Assembly: GCA_014728035.1 (NCBI GenBank)
Contig: WJMJ01000079.1
Location: 32,001 to 96,000, forward strand
Direction of reading: 5' to 3'
Source of the DNA: Promethearchaeota archaeon
GTDB lineage: Archaea; Asgardarchaeota; Thorarchaeia; Thorarchaeales; Thorarchaeaceae
Length of the DNA stretch: 64,000 bases
The notes beneath the pieces were generated by a model, which made no database searches, was not told where the DNA came from, and saw nothing but the letters and a program-made list of their open reading frames with translations. Shown piece by piece: positions 58,955 through 64,000 of this stretch. Every line of letters begins with the position of its first letter. The first letter of the stretch is position 1. The position numbers and the translations under genes are program-made.

Positions 58955-61006
58955 TTATTTCCAAGGATCTACAAAACGACAGTCAGATTCATCATATATC
59001 CTTTGTAATACTGTATGGTAGTATGTCCATTGACGTTCGATATTTGCTATCATATATTCAAAGTTATTCTTCTCTAAGATGTCCGCAATTTCACCAATTA
59101 TTACCTCTCCATATTCGATAGGCATTCTAATCGTTGAGAATAATTCGTTAGTGTCTTGATTGTAAAATCCTTGCGCATAATTGGAGAACCTTGTGATATC
59201 CTTCAGAATATCTGTAACTGATTTCTTTCCATCTCCTCTGGCTAAAATGTGATACCCATTCGGAATTCCACAATAGTCCATTATGGGGTGATGAATTACC
59301 GAAATTAATCTTTTCTGTGAAAGATGTTTTAATATATAATCTGATGTTCTTTTTGGAATCTTAATAGAATCAAGTAACCACTTCATCTTATGCCAATATT
59401 CATGAGACCCCCACAAAACGCTCATGACGTCAATTTCTCTCTGGGTAGGAATTACTTTTTCGCTAGAAGAAGTCACTTCACGAAACATCCAATTCATCAA
59501 TCTGTGTGATTTCAATTCCTCTGGATATCGCCACTTTTTCTTATCTTGATTGTACAGGTCAAGACGATACGAAAAGAACAAAGAGTTACCTGTGACTTGA
59601 AGCATTTCTTGTTTATCTGGGCCTTCCGATTTTTCTGGTTCAACATGAAGTGTACCAATCTGATACAGATTTCCTGTAAAATGCACTTTCTCAACTAATC
59701 CATCTGATTTGAGGAGAGGCCTCCTCTTCTTTGCTACAACGTATCTAAACTTTAGACCCATAGCTTGTAGATTGACTATTGTTGTAGTATTAATGATTTG
59801 TTCAATCTTGGCTAGATGTCGGAATGAACCCCTTTTTGAAATCTGAAGAGCATTTTCGATTTCCTCGGCTGTTATCCTTCTTAGTTCATTACCAGTGTTT
59901 AGATACCTGCATATGTCTATTAGATCTTGATAGTTAAGGAAATTTATTCTTTCTTTAAAGACATCAATAAGGTCATTAAAATCATCAACAAGGACACCAT
60001 CTGGACGGACTCCAACTATCATCCATTTTGATCTTGTAGCAGCAGGTTGAAACATCTCACTTACCCGTGATTTGAAGTAATCTAGGGTTGGAGCCTTTTT
60101 TGGCAAGATAGTCGCAAGTAATTTCAAATCTGTTTCTGTAGGATTTTCTTTTTCAATTATCTCTGAGAATTTATTGAAAGTTGCTCTAGAAGAATCTTGA
60201 GTTGCAATCCGATTATATTCTTTCTTGAAATCATCGGCAGTTTCCAACAGCTGATGTTTTTCTCTGTGGTAATCTCGAATTTCATCAATTGTAAGGTCTA
60301 ACTTTGGTAAGACCTCAAGTAGTAGTTTCGTCTTATCATGCGATTCAAGTAGTATAATTTGACTTCGTAAATTCCAAATTGCAGGATCTGATGGTGAGAA
60401 TTGCGATAATTCTTCCAGTATTGATTTAAGAAGCTCTATAGTTTCTTCAACGGTAGAGTTTCCCACTAGACTTTCATTAATATTACTCAGCAATTCTGTC
60501 TTCACTTTATTGATGTGGAATTGCCATAGCACTAATAACCACTTGATTGATTCGCCTGTTATTTCTGCAAGATTATTTATTGTGATGATTGCCGCTGATA
60601 ATGGGTCCAATCCTGGAGTTATCAAGTCCATTTCTTGCAAAGAAGGAACATCTTTAGTGATAATTCTTCCAATGGTATATGCAAATGACCTAGTATGTTC
60701 AAACCCTCTCGGAATCATCGATTCCAATTTTTTTACTATGGGTTCATCTGATTGTATATAGAGTGGACGATTCAGGATGCTTCTTAAGGATGATAAACCC
60801 AAAGACACATCATGCTTCGTCCAATCAAATTCATATTCTTTCAGTGGTTTAAGGTCATATTTTGATTCGAACAATTCTGGTTCTATTTTTTCCGACACCG
60901 ATTCATCAGTCCGATCAACTATCAATCTCTTTATGATAACCGCGTCATCGATAAGTCTCCCTTTTTGAAGCCAATCAATTGAGATTGTTGCTCTGGGACT
61001 CATCAT
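58955..61006 (-). CDS. large protein with two C-terminal Lrp/AsnC-like wHTH modules
   Basis: TAEEIENALQIS...VNLQAMGL and TQREIDVM...IPKRT...HP...CG. Confidence 0.6.
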   Translation of the reverse strand: MMSPRATISIDWLQKGRLIDDAVIIKRLIVDRTDESVSEKIEPELFESKYDLKPLKEYEFDWTKHDVSLGLSSLRSILNRPLYIQSDEPIVKKLESMIPRGFEHTRSFAYTIGRIITKDVPSLQEMDLITPGLDPLSAAIITINNLAEITGESIKWLLVLWQFHINKVKTELLSNINESLVGNSTVEETIELLKSILEELSQFSPSDPAIWNLRSQIILLESHDKTKLLLEVLPKLDLTIDEIRDYHREKHQLLETADDFKKEYNRIATQDSSRATFNKFSEIIEKENPTETDLKLLATILPKKAPTLDYFKSRVSEMFQPAATRSKWMIVGVRPDGVLVDDFNDLIDVFKERINFLNYQDLIDICRYLNTGNELRRITAEEIENALQISKRGSFRHLAKIEQIINTTTIVNLQAMGLKFRYVVAKKRRPLLKSDGLVEKVHFTGNLYQIGTLHVEPEKSEGPDKQEMLQVTGNSLFFSYRLDLYNQDKKKWRYPEELKSHRLMNWMFREVTSSSEKVIPTQREIDVMSVLWGSHEYWHKMKWLLDSIKIPKRTSDYILKHLSQKRLISVIHHPIMDYCGIPNGYHILARGDGKKSVTDILKDITRFSNYAQGFYNQDTNELFSTIRMPIEYGEVIIGEIADILEKNNFEYMIANIERQWTYYHTVLQRIYDESDCRFVDPWK

Positions 61007-61286
61007 GGTTCATCTCATTTTAGCCCTTCATTCATTCCAAAAGGTGAATTCTGAGCAATGACACTGCCTAAAAAATGATTTGGAATCTTTACTCTATATT
61101 AATGAATATATGCATGCTCATTATCTGTCGTGGAAATATTATAACTCTTTATAGGTATTTTAGGGCTCTTATAATGCCTATTTATTTGATGAGATAATTC
61201 CAAAACCCTTGTTGTACACTATTTGTTTGTGGCTCAAATGAGTGCCACATGGATAACGATGTAAAGAAAATCGGGGTTGAAAAAAG

Positions 61287-61883
61287 GTGCAAATGGATAT
61301 AATGGTAATAGTCACATCATCATTTCTCTTTGCTTTTCAGATCACACCTCTTGTCGTCTTAGTAGCTACTGCGATTCGAAGTGTGATTCTTCTGACAGGT
61401 AGGAGAAGAGCATTTGTGACCTGGACCAGAAACTCTCTGCTTTCTGCGATATCCATTATTTTTGCACCAGGAATGATAATCAATACTGGAGTAAGATATG
61501 GAATCTGTTCTTTATTTGGTATTGATATGGATGGATTTGGTGCAAACAGTACCTATGCTGAGCTTAACCTCTTCCTTCGTGTTGAACGGCCACCAAGAGT
61601 ATTGGTTTTGGTCACAGCCCTTTTCATAAGTACCGTACTCTCAGTATTCCTTGGGTTCATTTTGATTGTGTTGCCAATGGTTATTATTATTGGAGCACCT
61701 GTTGTCTTAGTCTGTTGGTATATTGCGGTCTGCATATTGTTTAACACTTCAATTCGTGGAGGAGATGTCACTCTACTAGGAGCAGCCCTCAAGGGGCAGC
61801 CCGGAAGAGGTATAGCTGAATTAATCCTCTCTATTTCAATCATCGTTTTTCTTTACATTGCACTAAGTGGGGTGATAGCGTGA
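61287..61883 (+). CDS. hypothetical multi-TM membrane protein
   Basis: ~5 hydrophobic helices. Confidence 0.7.
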   Translation: MQMDIMVIVTSSFLFAFQITPLVVLVATAIRSVILLTGRRRAFVTWTRNSLLSAISIIFAPGMIINTGVRYGICSLFGIDMDGFGANSTYAELNLFLRVERPPRVLVLVTALFISTVLSVFLGFILIVLPMVIIIGAPVVLVCWYIAVCILFNTSIRGGDVTLLGAALKGQPGRGIAELILSISIIVFLYIALSGVIA

Positions 61884-62041
61884 AAATAGATACCAAGTCC
61901 CGGGTAGATTCTGATTTTTCAGGTCATGGAGGTCCCCCCTCATTTTCGACTAAACCACGCCAAAATAACTCCAACTATAATTTCCGGGACACCCTCTTTA
62001 TTTCGTATGTTCATCTTGGGAGGTATATTCTTGATACGTAA
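61880..62041 (+). CDS. possible 53-aa bridging ORF
   Basis: GTG overlapping the upstream TGA; its TAA overlaps the downstream gene start. Confidence 0.3.
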   Translation: MKIDTKSRVDSDFSGHGGPPSFSTKPRQNNSNYNFRDTLFISYVHLGRYILDT

Positions 62042-64000
62042 GAGCTTGACGATTTTGATGTTGTTTGTGATGTTGTGTCCTATAATTTTCAATACTACGC
62101 TCCTCTCACCTTCATCGGCTAGCACTATAGAACCTAGCACCTTCAAACCTATTAGTCAGTCTCTCCTCGCTTCAGACTCTGGAACAGTTGTGGATACGTC
62201 AGTGTATTCGGTTCTTGAACTAACTAATGGAGGAATTAGCCCGACTGGAGATGAGTGGTCATTATTACTCAATGAGTCTGGTATTGTATCAAATGTTATT
62301 ACAGTAGGACAAATTCTTTCAAATTCTTCAATCATCGATAGCTCGGTAGCAATCCTACTTGATAATAGTCTTGGATCCGAAAATGGTACTTCTGTTTCTG
62401 AATCACTGCTTGACATTCTGGTAAAACGTGATGCACCAATCATTGCTCTTGGTCAAGCTGCTTGGCTTCTTCACAGATTTCGCAAAACAAGTCCACCCTC
62501 TATGACCGCTCCTTCTACCACTTCTCTCCTTACCTCATCTCCTTATGAAGGAGCGGTTTTTCTTAACAAGCCGTTTCCTCTGGTTCCAGAATGTACATTA
62601 TTTACAGAGAGTATGAATATACCAGTTGACCAAATACAAGCTGAACATTCTCGAATCGTAAATCTGGTAGGAACAGTTTCTTCCAATGATATAGCTCCTC
62701 TTAGATATGATTCTTGGCCGCTTGATATCTTTCTATACTCACCTTCCAATCCTGGTCTGCTTACTGGTAGCGGAAAAGACCTACTTGTTAACATCCTTTC
62801 TTATTGTACATCATTAGGTGAAAGTGAAATAACCCTTAACCTGCAAAATCAACAGGTAACCAATAGCTCGCCCTTTATTGGAGGATTTCAACACTCCCAT
62901 GAACCAAAGTTATCTTCCACATATTATGCAATTCAAGCAATGAATAGTCTGAAAAACAATTCACAGTGGATTGAATGGGTATCAGTAAACAATCATTCCA
63001 TGCTTGAACAATTGAGTTCTATTTATGAAGAAGATACTACAGAAGCATGGTTTCTACCGCATTCTTCTAGTACCTCTTTTGATGTCGATAGTACAGCACA
63101 GGGACTCTGGTTAGTTTCTATTTTGAATCTTTCAGACTCGTTTAATGTTGAAAAAGTATCTACTTATTTAGCAAATCAACAATCTATTGATGGCGATTTT
63201 GGTAATAATATCTTGACTACCTCAATCGTTCTGTTAGCATTAGAACAAGCACAAAAACTATCTTCGATAGACACCTCAAAAGCTGAAAATTGGTTGCGTT
63301 CTTGTGTAATTGATGGTGGAAAAACAAACGAATCGAAACTCTGGGGTGGTATTGGAAAAAACCCTACCGATCTAAATCCTTCTAATCACTATGCCCTAGC
63401 TCTCCTAACTGGATTGGATGCACTTGACACAAATCACGATGACCCTCTGAAATTAACAGAGTGGATTACCGTAAAGACTGGAAATCTTGACGGTTCTTAC
63501 AACAACACCCTTGATTCGATATCTGAGATTGTAATTGGAACCGCGTGTGCACTCTCTTCATTGAGTATTATGGGAACTTTAACAACGGAGAATCGTACTG
63601 CTGGTTTTTCGTGGCTTACAGATAACCAATTGGATAGTGGAGGGTTTGGTATCGAAAAACATCCTCGGGATGTGGTTGCCAAAGTAAAAGAATCATCTTT
63701 AGTTTCATGTAGCTTATGGCATATTGGAGAAATCTCAACCGAAGTCGCTACTAAGTTAACCTCTTTCTTTGAAAGTTGCAAGTCACCGTACGGATTCGAG
63801 GAAATGGAAAGAATTCCAAGTTTGATGTGGAGTTCTTGGTTGTCACAGGTAGCAAGATATAGTCATGGATGGAATCATTTAGATAACGAGCTCTTTGCTT
63901 CATACATAGAAGTAGTTGACTCTTGGACTATCTATCCTTTTTGGAATAACTTATCAACACTCCTTGCATTAGAATACAATTTTGATCAGTACCGAACGAA
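62031..64000 (+). CDS. secreted protein with prenyltransferase/squalene-oxidase (alpha-alpha toroid) repeats (runs off window end)
   Basis: Not in the ORF track. GGGAGGT RBS, TTG start, signal peptide MIRKSLTILMLFVMLC; in-frame GGFQ...STYYA, QSIDGDFG, NQLDSGGFG. Frame spot-checked, not translated end to end. Confidence 0.8.
   Translation, partial: MIRKSLTILMLFVMLCPIIFNTTLLSPSSASTIEPSTFKPISQSLLASDSGTVVDTSVYSVLELTNGGISPTGDEWSLLLNESGIVSNVITVGQILSNSSIIDSSVAILLDNSLGSENGTSVSESLLDILVKRDAPIIALGQAAWLLHRFRKTSPPSMTAPSTTSLLTSSPYEGAVFLNKPFPLVPECTLFTESMNIPVDQIQAEHSRIVNLVGTVSSNDIAPLRYDSWPLDIFLYSPSNPGLLTGSGKDLLVNILSYCTSLGESEITLNLQNQQVTNSSPFIGGFQHSHEPKLSSTYYAIQAMNSLKNNSQWIEWVSVNNHSMLEQLSSIYEEDTTEAWFLPHSSSTSFDVDSTAQGLWLVSILNLSDSFNVEKVSTYLANQQSIDGDFGNNILTTSIVLLALEQAQKLSSIDTSKAENWLRSCVIDGGKTNESKLWGGIGKNPTDLNPSNHYALALLTGLDALDTNHDDPLKLTEWITVKTGNLDGSYNNTLDSISEIVIGTACALSSLSIMGTLTTENRTAGFSWLTDNQLDSGGFGIEKHPRDVVAKVKESSLVSCSLWHIGEISTEVATKLTSFFESCKSPYGFEEMERIPSLMWSSWLSQVARYSHGWNHLDNELFASYIEVVDSWTIYPFWNNLSTLLALEYNFDQYRT

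Noticed and set aside
1019-63781. Many short antisense or overlapping ORFs in the track (e.g. 1019-1330, 11817-12302, 17968-18405, 45960-46406, 61940-63781 minus-strand set)
   Set aside because: Shadow ORFs of well-supported genes; no motifs or RBS
1-64000. CRISPR arrays, rRNA, IS elements
   Set aside because: No regularly spaced repeats, rRNA-like segments or transposase ORFs observed by eye

Overview
Chromosomal window from an archaeon, most likely an Asgard archaeon and possibly Thorarchaeia. This is inferred from single and tandem roadblock proteins, a site-1-protease-like subtilase, archaeal RadA/XPD/Hel308/FEN1-type genes and general gene style. Bases 1-43 kb hold mixed metabolic, transport and protease genes: ino1, an SCP2 + FAD-oxidoreductase + CCG Fe-S operon, an aminotransferase, HAD enzymes, ABC systems, fprA, glmS, a RimK-like ligase, gamma-CA, a GH3 enzyme, and Mre11 with a very short, hookless Rad50. 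The standout feature is a 15.6-kb, 15-gene, tightly coupled + strand operon (43315-58945). It combines a divergent RadA, two further RecA-fold paralogs (one with a degenerate Walker A), an Fe-S XPD/DinG helicase, a Hel308-like helicase with an inserted SWIM finger and a FEN1/XPG nuclease with a PIP box. It also encodes a membrane-anchored, apparently inactive HerA/VirB4-like ATPase, three other membrane proteins, a Zn-ribbon/winged-helix protein and four unknown proteins. It is a candidate membrane-tethered DNA uptake/recombination-repair system. A second highlight is an unannotated, highly base-paired ~215-nt candidate ncRNA at 749-963. No tRNA, rRNA, CRISPR array, transposase or integrase was recognised. 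All family assignments come from motif recognition by eye, not from database searches.
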